Assembly: GCA_001768615.1 (NCBI GenBank)
Contig: MELE01000041.1
Location: 43,108 to 91,556, forward strand
Reading direction: 5' to 3'
DNA: 48,449 nucleotides
DNA from: Acidobacteria bacterium RIFCSPLOWO2_12_FULL_67_14b
Lineage (GTDB): Bacteria > Acidobacteriota > Vicinamibacteria > Vicinamibacterales > UBA2999
The notes beneath the pieces are model-generated. The model made no database searches and was not told where the DNA came from. It saw nothing but the letters and a program-made list of their open reading frames with translations. The number at the start of each line of letters is the position of its first letter. Position 1 is the first letter of the stretch. The position numbers and the translations under genes are program-made. Positions 1 through 7,692 of this stretch are shown here, one piece after another.

Positions 1-24
1 GATGGCGTCGAAAGCGGGGGTCAC
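1..24 (-). CDS. 5' end of a gene running off the window, probably hydroxysqualene dehydroxylase HpnE
   Basis: GTG at 24 overlaps the hpnD stop (GTGA) and reads MTPAFDAI, like the start of an FAD-binding fold. The hpnCDE order is established, but only 8 codons are visible. Confidence 0.45.
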
Positions 25-863
25 GCGCGGGCGGAACGGTTCAAACCGATGGCCGACAGCTGCGTCCGCGCCCACCTCGTCAGCGCAATGCGCGCGCGGA
101 CCGCCTTGGGCACGCGAATCACTTCGGTGAACACGTCGTAGCCGCGCTGCTCGATGCGCTGGAGGATCTCGAAGTAGATGCCGCCCATGATCTCCGCGGC
201 CACCAGGCGGCGGGCTTCGGCCGGCGGCATCGCCTGCGCCGCGGCGTTGAACAACTGCCGGGCGCGCTGGCACTCGTGCGCCAGCAGCCGCCGCACCGGT
301 TCGGTCACCTGGCCGGCGCGAAGGGCGTCTTCGGTCACGCCAAAGCGCGCCAGATCCTCCTGCGGCAGGTAGACGCGGCCGTTGGCAAAGTCGACGGCGA
401 CGTCGCGGATGATGTTGGTCAGCTGCAGGGCCAGCCCCAGGTTGATCGCGTAGTCGCGCGATCGCGAGTCGCGGCAGCCGAAGACCTCGATGCAGATCAG
501 GCCGACCGCCGAGGCCACGCGCCGGCAATACCCGACCAGCTCGTCGAAGGTGTCGTAGCGCGATCGATGCAGGTCCATCTCGACCCCATCGACGAGATCG
601 TCGAAGGGCTGGCGCGAAAGCTGAAACGTCGCGACAAACGGTTTCAGGTGCTGGCCCTGCGGGGTCGTCGGCGCATCGGGGCCGAACAGGCGGCCCACTT
701 CGACCCGCCACGCCGCGATCGACGTCTCGGCGACCGCCCGATCGGCCGCCTCGTCCACCGCGTCGTCCACGGCGCGGCAGAAATCCCACACCACGCCGAT
801 GGCCTGGCGCTCGTCCGCGGGCAGGACTAGGAATGAGTACGAGAAGGAGGTGTCGCGCGCCAC
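21..863 (-). CDS. hpnD: Presqualene diphosphate synthase (squalene/phytoene synthase family)
   Basis: Motifs TSFSYSF, DFCRAVDDAVD, YCRRVASAVG and LQLTNIIRDV..D...GRVYLP. Start placed at GTG 863; the upstream part of the ORF overlaps hpnC. Confidence 0.85.
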   Translation of the reverse strand: MARDTSFSYSFLVLPADERQAIGVVWDFCRAVDDAVDEAADRAVAETSIAAWRVEVGRLFGPDAPTTPQGQHLKPFVATFQLSRQPFDDLVDGVEMDLHRSRYDTFDELVGYCRRVASAVGLICIEVFGCRDSRSRDYAINLGLALQLTNIIRDVAVDFANGRVYLPQEDLARFGVTEDALRAGQVTEPVRRLLAHECQRARQLFNAAAQAMPPAEARRLVAAEIMGGIYFEILQRIEQRGYDVFTEVIRVPKAVRARIALTRWARTQLSAIGLNRSARA

Positions 864-1735
864 AGTGCCGTGCCCCAAGCTATCACTATTGCGTCGGCCG
901 CGCCGAGCCTCGGGCGGGCGGTGAACACGTCGAATCCCGAGCGCTCGAGGCGTTCCAGCATGCGGGTCCCGCCGAGCCAGGTCGCGCGCAGCTCGTAGCG
1001 CAACCGGCCGGACACGCCGTCGCAGACCGCGCGGCCGTCGGCGAAGAGCGCGCGGGTCCGCTCCCCGCAATCACGCATCGCCGCCGCCCAGGCGGCCGTC
1101 ATGCGGCCGCCGTCGAGCACCGAGGGCTCGGCGGCGTGAGGCCGCCAGGCCTCTTCCGGCACGTAGAGCCGGCCGCGCGACCAGTCGATCGCGAGGTCCT
1201 GCCAGAAGTTGGTGAGCTGGAGCGCGGTGCAGACGGCATCCGAGGCGCGGTCGAGGGCGTCGTCGCGGTAGCCGCTCAGCCGGAGGACGAGGCGGCCCAC
1301 CGGGTTCGCCGATCGCCGGCAGTAATCCAGCACGTCCGCCCACGTGGCGTAGCGCGCGGTCGTGACGTCCTGGGTGAACGCGCTCAGCAGGTCGTCGAGC
1401 AGCGACAGCGGCAGGTCGAAGCGGGTCACCGTGTCGTGGACGGCGAGGAACACGTCCTGCGGCGCGCGATCGTCGTGAAGCCGCGCGCGCCACTGGTCGA
1501 GCAGGTGAAGCCGCTCGCCGACGGCCCGGCCGGGCTCGTCGGCGTAGTCGTCCGCAATCCGGGCGAACGCGTAGATGGCAGCCACGTGCGGCCGCAGGTG
1601 CGCCGGCATCAACCGGGAGGCCACGGGAAAGTTCTCGTAGTGCGAGTGCGCCAGCTGCAGGCAGCCGGCGTACGCCTGCTGCAAGTCGGCGGATACTGTA
1701 GGGCACCCCTTTATGGGGTGCCGGAACCCTGTCAC
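827..1735 (-). CDS. hpnC: Squalene synthase HpnC (hydroxysqualene synthase)
   Basis: HYENFPVAS, YAFARIADDYADE, YCRRSANPVGRLVL, LQLTNFWQD. GTG 1735 overlaps the upstream stop (GTGA). The N-terminus contains a REP-derived insert. Confidence 0.88.
   Translation of the reverse strand: MTGFRHPIKGCPTVSADLQQAYAGCLQLAHSHYENFPVASRLMPAHLRPHVAAIYAFARIADDYADEPGRAVGERLHLLDQWRARLHDDRAPQDVFLAVHDTVTRFDLPLSLLDDLLSAFTQDVTTARYATWADVLDYCRRSANPVGRLVLRLSGYRDDALDRASDAVCTALQLTNFWQDLAIDWSRGRLYVPEEAWRPHAAEPSVLDGGRMTAAWAAAMRDCGERTRALFADGRAVCDGVSGRLRYELRATWLGGTRMLERLERSGFDVFTARPRLGAADAIVIAWGTALWRATPPSRTHS
1698..1722 (+). repeat. GTAG-footed REP-like palindrome within the hpnC 5' end
   Basis: GTAG-GGCACCCC-TTTAT-GGGGTGCC, a perfect 8-bp stem. 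Confidence 0.75.
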
Positions 1736-2271
1736 CACGGTGTTTCGGCGACACCCGCGCGATGGTTCGCGGCCCGCGCCATCGTGAACAGCAGATCGGA
1801 CAGGCGATTCAAATAGACGATCGCAACGGGCTCGACGGCGCCGGCGCCGAGCGCGAGCACCGATCGCTCGGCGCGGCGGCAGACCGTGCGCGCGAAGTGC
1901 AGGGACGCGCCCGCGGCGGTGCCGTCCGACAGGATGAAGTGGCGCAGCGGCGCGATCTCGGTGTCGAGCCGATCGATCCAGCCCTCGAGGCGGGCGATGC
2001 TCTGCTCGTCGATCACGATCTTCTCCACGCGCGTCGCGATCTTGTGGGACGGATCGGCCAGCCGCGCGCCGAGGGCGAACAGGTCGCGCTGCAGCGCCAG
2101 GCAGATGTCGTCGAGATCCTTCGGCAGGCCCGCGGCGCGGACCACGCCGAGACAGGCCTGGACCTCGTCGACGTCGCCGTAGGCCGCCACCCGCGGGTGG
2201 GTCTTGCTGACGCGCGTGCCGTCGAAGAGGCTGGTGTCGCCGGTGTCGCCCGTCTTGGTGTAGATAGACAC
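1732..2271 (-). CDS. ATP:cob(I)alamin adenosyltransferase, PduO type
   Basis: Signature SIYTKTGDTGDT, AYGDVDE, ARTVCRRAER, YLNRLSDLLF. GTG 2271 lies 7 nt below a TATAAT. Confidence 0.92.
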   Translation of the reverse strand: MSIYTKTGDTGDTSLFDGTRVSKTHPRVAAYGDVDEVQACLGVVRAAGLPKDLDDICLALQRDLFALGARLADPSHKIATRVEKIVIDEQSIARLEGWIDRLDTEIAPLRHFILSDGTAAGASLHFARTVCRRAERSVLALGAGAVEPVAIVYLNRLSDLLFTMARAANHRAGVAETPW

Positions 2272-2278
2272 TGATAGG

Positions 2279-2284
2279 ATTATA
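2279..2284 (-). promoter_or_regulatory. Perfect -10 box (TATAAT), leaderless promoter of the pduO-hpnCDE operon
   Basis: TATAAT 7 nt upstream of the GTG start, with no Shine-Dalgarno sequence. Confidence 0.6.
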
Positions 2285-2292
2285 GGCGGCCA

Positions 2293-2318
2293 AGGCGGGT
2301 CTGCAGACCCGCCTCTAC
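2293..2318 (-). repeat. REP family GTAGAGGCGGGTCTnnAGACCCGCC, copy 1
   Basis: Palindrome with a GTAG foot; related copies at 3000, 32049 and 36383. Confidence 0.8.
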
Positions 2319-2327
2319 GCACCACAC

Positions 2328-3011
2328 TTGCCCTCGACTCGACGCACTCCTCAGCTGCCTGCGCCCGCGATGCGGCAGCGTTTCAGGCGCAACTTGCTGG
2401 CGTGGTACCGCAAGCACGGACGCGACCTGCCGTGGCGCAACACCGACAACCCGTACCACATCCTCGTCTCGGAGATCATGCTGCAGCAGACGCAGGTCGA
2501 TCGCGTACTGCCGAAGTACCACGAGTGGCTGGGCAAGTACCCGAGCTTCGCCGTGCTCGCCGAGGCCCGGCCCGCGGACGTGACGAAGACCTGGTACCCC
2601 CTCGGCTACAACATTCGTCCGAAGCGCCTCCAGTCAATCGCCCAACAGGCGATGGAGAAACACGACGGCCGCCTGCCGTCCGATCACGAGACGCTGATGT
2701 CGTTCACGGGCATCGGTGCCTACACCGCGGGCGCGATTCGCAGCTTCGCGTTCCGCGAGCGCGCCGCCATCCTCGACACCAACGTCGCGCGCGTGCTGTT
2801 CCGCATCTTCGTCGCGAAAGGCGATCCAAAGGCGCACGCGATGAAGAAGCGGCTGTGGGCGCTCTCGGCCGCGGTGCTACCGCAGAAGCACGTCTTCGAC
2901 TTCAACCAGGCGTTGATGGACTTCGGCGCCATGCACTGCAGCGCGAGAAGGCCGAAGTGCCCGACCTGCCCGATGAAGGGGTTTTGCCGGTCCGACGACA
3001 GGCGGGTCTAA
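2328..3011 (+). CDS. mutY: A/G-specific adenine glycosylase (MutY-like HhH-GPD catalytic domain only)
   Basis: RDLPWR, VSEIMLQQTQV, GIGAYTAGAI, LDTNVARV, FNQALMDFGA, and a 4Fe-4S motif C-x6-C-x2-C-x5-C. Start uncertain (TTG 2328 or ATG 2370). Confidence 0.85.
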   Translation: MPSTRRTPQLPAPAMRQRFRRNLLAWYRKHGRDLPWRNTDNPYHILVSEIMLQQTQVDRVLPKYHEWLGKYPSFAVLAEARPADVTKTWYPLGYNIRPKRLQSIAQQAMEKHDGRLPSDHETLMSFTGIGAYTAGAIRSFAFRERAAILDTNVARVLFRIFVAKGDPKAHAMKKRLWALSAAVLPQKHVFDFNQALMDFGAMHCSARRPKCPTCPMKGFCRSDDRRV

Positions 3012-3042
3012 AGACCCGCCTCTACTGAAGACCCGCCTCTAC
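3000..3042 (-). repeat. REP copy 2 plus a half copy, between convergent mutY and mutT
   Basis: AGGCGGGTCTAAAGACCCGCCTCTAC followed by AAGACCCGCCTCTAC; contains both stop codons. Confidence 0.8.
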
Positions 3043-3414
3043 CAACAGCGCTATGAGCGCGCGGTCGGCGGCGGGAAACGACAGCGCTTGAAGCTCCGGG
3101 CGCGGCACCCACCGGACCTCCTGCCCGATCATCGGCTTCGGCACGCCCTCGAAGACACAGCGGTAGAAGAACAACTCGACGGTCTTCTCCGGATACACGT
3201 GGGTCACGGTGTGCACGAGCGCGCCGACCTCGCCGACGATGGCGAGCTCTTCGAAGAGCTCGCGCCGCAGCGCTTCGGCATGGGTCTCGCCGTCGTGGAC
3301 CTTGCCGCCGGGAAACTCCCAATCGCCCGCCAGGTGCGTGCCGTCCGGCCGCAACGTCAGCAGAAACGCATCGTCCCGCTCGACCACGGCGGCGACGACG
3401 ACGACCGGGCTCAT
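3022..3414 (-). CDS. mutT: MutT/NudG-family (d)NTP pyrophosphohydrolase
   Basis: Nudix box WEFPGGKVHDGETHAEALRRELFEEL and FPAAD. ATG 3414 overlaps the upstream stop. Confidence 0.82.
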   Translation of the reverse strand: MSPVVVVAAVVERDDAFLLTLRPDGTHLAGDWEFPGGKVHDGETHAEALRRELFEELAIVGEVGALVHTVTHVYPEKTVELFFYRCVFEGVPKPMIGQEVRWVPRPELQALSFPAADRALIALLVEAGLQ

Positions 3415-4436
3415 CGGGGCGCGGACGGTCCGGCCGGCACCGGCTGCACCCACGCGAGCGCGCCGTTGGACTCGATGATCTTCGCGCGGACGTAGCCCTC
3501 GTCGCCCGTGAAGGTGTAGCTCGCCGACGGCGTCGTCGCTTCGCGGAGCACCCGTCCCTGCCGGCCGATGAACTGGATGCGGTACTTGCTCGACGGCTGC
3601 TCCCGCACGGCGACGCTGAGCCCGCTCGCCGTCGATTCCAGCGAGCGCAGCTCGACGCCCGTGGAGGCGTAGAACTCGCCGCGATCGAGCGCCTCGACGA
3701 TGGCGCGCGGATCGAGCCTCGGCGCGCGCACGTAGACCCATCCCTTGCCGGGCCTGGGCGCCGCCGGATCCTCCGGCCGCTTGAAGTAGTGCGCGTCATC
3801 CACGGCGATGCCGTACAGCAGCTTGCCGCTCGAGAGGATGCGGTCCCACGTGTCCTCGAGGCCGGCCACGCCGCCGCCGCCGAGGTTGTTCACCTTGGGA
3901 TGGCCGTTGAAGACCTCGAAGAGCCGCGTGCGCTGGATCTGCCCGAGCTCATCGGGCGAGATCGCCCAGCCGAAGTTGGGATGGTTGATGCTGGGCACAC
4001 CGCGGGCGTCGCGGATCGCATCCACCATGCGCTGCACCATGTCGACGACGGACCTGCCGCCGGGAGGCGGTACGAAGCGTTCCACCTCGAGGCCGTTGAC
4101 GTGGATCGGCTTGTCGCCGAAGCGATCCGTCACCTCTTCGCCCTTGAGGACGAGGAACTTGTCGTCGGCGCCGTGCAGGGCATTCAAGCCGGTGACGCTG
4201 GTCAGGTAGTTGTGATCGGTCAGCAGGACGAATTGGTACCCGCGCTCGCGATACCACCTCACGACGTCGTCCGGAGTCGAATCGCCGTCGCTGTTCAGAG
4301 TGTGCGTGTGGAGGTTGCCCTTGTACCAGACGGCCTGGGGCCTGGGGCTTGGGGCTTGAAACGCGGATGTGACGGCCACCGCAGACGCGAATGCGACCAC
4401 GAGGAGAGCGATCCGGGCATTTGAGATCTGCGTCAT
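3411..4436 (-). CDS. Secreted PHP-domain metallohydrolase (CehA/McbA-like)
   Basis: Signal peptide, WYKGNLHTHT..SDG, LTDHN, NHP, DDAH. Confidence 0.8.
   Translation of the reverse strand: MTQISNARIALLVVAFASAVAVTSAFQAPSPRPQAVWYKGNLHTHTLNSDGDSTPDDVVRWYRERGYQFVLLTDHNYLTSVTGLNALHGADDKFLVLKGEEVTDRFGDKPIHVNGLEVERFVPPPGGRSVVDMVQRMVDAIRDARGVPSINHPNFGWAISPDELGQIQRTRLFEVFNGHPKVNNLGGGGVAGLEDTWDRILSSGKLLYGIAVDDAHYFKRPEDPAAPRPGKGWVYVRAPRLDPRAIVEALDRGEFYASTGVELRSLESTASGLSVAVREQPSSKYRIQFIGRQGRVLREATTPSASYTFTGDEGYVRAKIIESNGALAWVQPVPAGPSAPR
4332..4359 (+). repeat. Heptamer tandem (GGCCTGG/GGCTTGG) x4 in the coding linker after the signal peptide
   Basis: ggcctgg ggcctgg ggcttgg ggcttga, encoding QAPSPRPQA. 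Confidence 0.55.
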
Positions 4437-5326
4437 CTGAGTGTGGCCTCGGCCCGCGCATCATTCCATACCAACGTGACTTTCGTTCCACTATCGGCGA
4501 AGTCCCGATGCACGTAACCAAGGCCGACGATCGCGCTTTGCGCCGGAGAGACCACGGCGCTCGTGACCCGGCCGATGTCGCGATCGCCTGAGAGGATTCG
4601 GGCGTCGCGCGGGATGGACAAACCTGAAGGTTTGTCCCCACCAGCAGCGGCCTTCCAGCGCACCAGTTTCCTGGCGACGCGGCCGCCGCCACGGTGCGTC
4701 ACCCGGACGATCACTTCCTGCCCGACGTAGCAGCCCTTCGTGAACGAGATGGCGCGGTCTTCGATGCCGGCTTCGAGGGGAATAGTCTCTTCGTTCATGT
4801 CGACGAGGAACTTCGGCACGCCGTCTTCGACGCGGACGACCTCGTAGGTGTCGAGATCGACTTCGGGCGGCATCGGAGACAACGGGCTCTCCCCCCGCAC
4901 AGCGAACACCGTGAGAGCGGAGCCCGGAGCCCGGCCTGCCCTGAGCGTCGTCGAAGGGAGCCCGGAGCCCGGTCCGACGACCGTCCACACCGACAGGCGC
5001 GCGCTCTCGTCGCTGACCTGGACATCCTCCGTGAAGATCAAACCGTCCAGCCGATCGCGCAACGACGCGGCCAGGGGCGCGGGGACGTCCAGCAGCAGGC
5101 GCGCGCCGCGGGCCAGGACGTTCATGTCGGTGATCATGCGGCCCTGGGGCGTCAGGTACGCGGCATAGCAGCCCTGCCCGTCGGCCAGGGCCGCCACGTC
5201 GTTGGTCACGAGGCCCTGCAGCCACGCCGCGCGATCGCGGCCCGCGACAGCCAGGACCCCGCGATCCACCCGCCTCACTGCGCCGCCCGTTGTCCGGAGA
5301 GCCCGGTAGCCGTCGAGGGAAAACAT
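4433..5326 (-). CDS. ygfZ: YgfZ/GcvT-like folate-binding Fe-S cluster repair protein
   Basis: Signature KGCYVGQE and WLQGLVTND, YLTPQGR. Carries two repeat-derived inserts. Confidence 0.85.
   Translation of the reverse strand: MFSLDGYRALRTTGGAVRRVDRGVLAVAGRDRAAWLQGLVTNDVAALADGQGCYAAYLTPQGRMITDMNVLARGARLLLDVPAPLAASLRDRLDGLIFTEDVQVSDESARLSVWTVVGPGSGLPSTTLRAGRAPGSALTVFAVRGESPLSPMPPEVDLDTYEVVRVEDGVPKFLVDMNEETIPLEAGIEDRAISFTKGCYVGQEVIVRVTHRGGGRVARKLVRWKAAAGGDKPSGLSIPRDARILSGDRDIGRVTSAVVSPAQSAIVGLGYVHRDFADSGTKVTLVWNDARAEATLR
4616..4641 (-). repeat. GTGG-footed palindrome GTGGGGACAAACCTTCAGGTTTGTCC inside ygfZ
   Basis: 10-bp perfect stem; same element at 8418, 25580 and 42202. Confidence 0.85.
4918..4972 (+). 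repeat. CCTGCCCTGAGCnnnGTCGAAGGG element (4935-4958) embedded in a GGAGCCC heptamer array inside ygfZ
   Basis: Same element at 19242 and 31231; a GGAGCCC array also occurs at 13699. Confidence 0.75.
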
Positions 5327-5341
5327 GTTCTAAGCTGAGTC

Positions 5342-7021
5342 GTGACCCTGTCCCATCTTACCGGCGTTGCCCTGGCGGTTGTCGTGACGGCGTCCAGCGC
5401 CGCGGCCCAGCCGCCCCCGCCGTTAGTGCCCGACGCGGGCGGCACGCAGTTTCTCGTGTTCCTCCGCTCGCAACCCGTCGGCCGCGAAGAGGTCCTCGTG
5501 ATCCGCCTGTCGGATCAGTGGGTGGTCCGCGGCTCGAGCCGTCTCGGGCCGCCCATCGACATCACCACCCGGCATGCCGAGGTGATTTACGACCTGGAAT
5601 GGCGGCCGCGGTCGCTGCTCGTCGACGGCATCGTCCGCGGACAGGACGTCACGCTGAAGACAACATTCGACGGCGGCAAGGCGTCCAACGTGATCGCGGT
5701 GCAGGGCACGCCGCAAACGAAGGTGGATCCCGTCTCGGCGGATCCGGTCGTGCTGCCGAACGCGTTTCTCGGATCGTACGCGGCGCTGGGCCGAAGGCTG
5801 CAGGGCATGAAGGCCGGCGCCGAACTGCGCGGCTACATCGCGCCGCAAGGCGAGGTCGCGGTGAAGATCACCGCGGTGGCCCAAGAGCGGATGGAAACGC
5901 CGAAGGGCGGCTTCCCCGCCACCCGCTACTCGCTGACGTTCTCGAGCCCGCCGCCGGCGGGCGACCTGCCGCTCGTCATCTGGACCAACAGCGGCGGCGA
6001 TTTGCTGCGCCTCAGCATCCCGTCGCAGACCCTCGAGATGGCGCGCGAAGACATCGCTTCGGCGGCATCGAGGACCGCATCGTTCTCGATCCCCGGTGAT
6101 GAAGCCGTGCAAATCCCGGCGATGGGCTTCAACATCGCCGCCACCGTGACGAGGCCGCCCAACGCCACCGGCAAGCTGCCGGTCGCGGTGCTCATCGGCG
6201 GCTCGGGCCCGACCGATCGCGACGAGACCGTCGCCGGCATTCCCGTGTTCGGCCAGATCGCGCGCGACCTCGTGAACGCCGGCTTCTACATCGTGCGCTA
6301 CGACAAGCGCGGCGTGGGCCAGAGCGGCGGCCGCACCGAATCGGTCACGCTGGCCGACTATGCCGAAGACGTCCGTTCGGTGCTCTTCTGGCTCGGCAGG
6401 CAGAAGGACGTGGACAAGGACCGCGTCGCCCTGGTCGGCCACAGCGAAGGCGCGAGCGTCGCGTTGCTGACGGCCGGGCGCGAGCGCGATCGCGTCTCCG
6501 CTCTGGCGCTGCTCTCGGGTGTCTCCACCACCGGCGCCGATCTCGTGATCGAGCAGCAGAAGCACCTCCTCGCGCAGATGAAGATCGACGATGGGCAGCG
6601 GGCGGAGAAGCTGGCGCTGCAGGAGCGGATCAACCAGGCGGTGATCAAGGGCACGGGATGGACCGACATTCCGGATTCGGTCCGGCGCGTGGCGGACACG
6701 CCGTGGTTTTACAGCTTCCTGACGTTCGACCCGGCGAAGGCGATGCGCGACGTGCGGCAGCCGGTCCTGATCGTGCAGGGCGAGCTCGACAGGCAGGTGC
6801 CGCCGCACCATGCCGACAAGCTCGCGCAGATGGCGCGCGAACGGAAGACCAAGGCGGCCGTCGACGTCGTGAAGGTGCCCGGCGTCAACCACCTGCTTGT
6901 CGCCGCCAAGACCGGCGAAGTGGCCGAATACGCCACGCTCGGCCCGGAGGCGAGGGTGTCGCCGGACGCCACCTCGGCCCTCGCGGCGTGGCTCACGAAG
7001 AATCTGGCTGCCTCCAAGTAG
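5342..7021 (+). CDS. Secreted alpha/beta-fold hydrolase
   Basis: Signal peptide, GSGPTDRD, RYDKRGVGQS, nucleophile elbow GHSEG, QGELD, GVNH. Confidence 0.85.
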   Translation: MTLSHLTGVALAVVVTASSAAAQPPPPLVPDAGGTQFLVFLRSQPVGREEVLVIRLSDQWVVRGSSRLGPPIDITTRHAEVIYDLEWRPRSLLVDGIVRGQDVTLKTTFDGGKASNVIAVQGTPQTKVDPVSADPVVLPNAFLGSYAALGRRLQGMKAGAELRGYIAPQGEVAVKITAVAQERMETPKGGFPATRYSLTFSSPPPAGDLPLVIWTNSGGDLLRLSIPSQTLEMAREDIASAASRTASFSIPGDEAVQIPAMGFNIAATVTRPPNATGKLPVAVLIGGSGPTDRDETVAGIPVFGQIARDLVNAGFYIVRYDKRGVGQSGGRTESVTLADYAEDVRSVLFWLGRQKDVDKDRVALVGHSEGASVALLTAGRERDRVSALALLSGVSTTGADLVIEQQKHLLAQMKIDDGQRAEKLALQERINQAVIKGTGWTDIPDSVRRVADTPWFYSFLTFDPAKAMRDVRQPVLIVQGELDRQVPPHHADKLAQMARERKTKAAVDVVKVPGVNHLLVAAKTGEVAEYATLGPEARVSPDATSALAAWLTKNLAASK

Positions 7022-7174
7022 GTTCACGGTTCATCGTTCAGGGTTCAGGGTTCACCAGGTTCAGGGTTCAGCAGGTTCAAGGTTCTTCAAGTCCAGTGGC
7101 TTGCCAGGAAGGGGCACAACGGGCGTGCGAGAACCAAGTGAACCTTGAACCCTGAACTTGTGAACCGTGAACCC
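7021..7174. repeat. Inverted pair of heptamer arrays (GGTTCAN)n ... (NTGAACC)n
   Basis: About 9 GGTTCA units at 7021-7085, a spacer of about 45 nt, then about 6 GAACC units at 7130-7174. Confidence 0.85.
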
Positions 7175-7209
7175 GCGTAAGTGTGGGAGTATGTGCGCGG
7201 AGTCCCTCT

Positions 7210-7548
7210 ATGCCCATTGCTGAACGCCAGGTTGGCGCCGTGACCGTGATCGACCTCTCCGGGAAGCTCGCGTCGAGCGAGGAGAGCGGAAAACTGAAGG
7301 ACAAGGTGAGCAGCGTGTTCTTCCAGGGTCGGAAGCAGGTCCTGGTCAATCTCGGCGGGCTCACCTACATGGACAGCGGCGGCCTCGGTGAGCTGGTGGC
7401 GTGCCTGGCCACCGCCAAGCGGTCTGGCGGCGCCATCAAGCTCGCCAACCTGGGCAAGCGCGTCCAGGACCTGCTGATCATGACCAAGCTGCTGGCCGTC
7501 TTCGACGTCTACGACACGGAGGCGGAGGCGCTTACGAGTTTCAAATAG
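7210..7548 (+). CDS. STAS-domain anti-sigma factor antagonist
   Basis: VTVIDLSGKL, phosphoacceptor motif YMDSGGLGELV, LLIMTKL, EAEAL. Confidence 0.9.
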   Translation: MPIAERQVGAVTVIDLSGKLASSEESGKLKDKVSSVFFQGRKQVLVNLGGLTYMDSGGLGELVACLATAKRSGGAIKLANLGKRVQDLLIMTKLLAVFDVYDTEAEALTSFK

Positions 7549-7554
7549 ACCACC

Positions 7555-7687
7555 ACGGTTCACGGTTCAGGGTTCACGGTTCACGGTTCATCAGGTTCTC
7601 GGTTCATCAGGTTCTCGGTTGGTCTGAGTGAACTTGAAGAGCCTGAACCCAAAGAACCCTGAACCCTGAACCGTGAACTCTGAACCT
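7555..7687. repeat. Second inverted pair of GGTTCAN / TGAACC heptamer arrays
   Basis: GGTTCAC/GGTTCAG units at 7555-7620, then TGAACCC units to 7687. Confidence 0.85.
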
Positions 7688-7692
7688 GCAGC

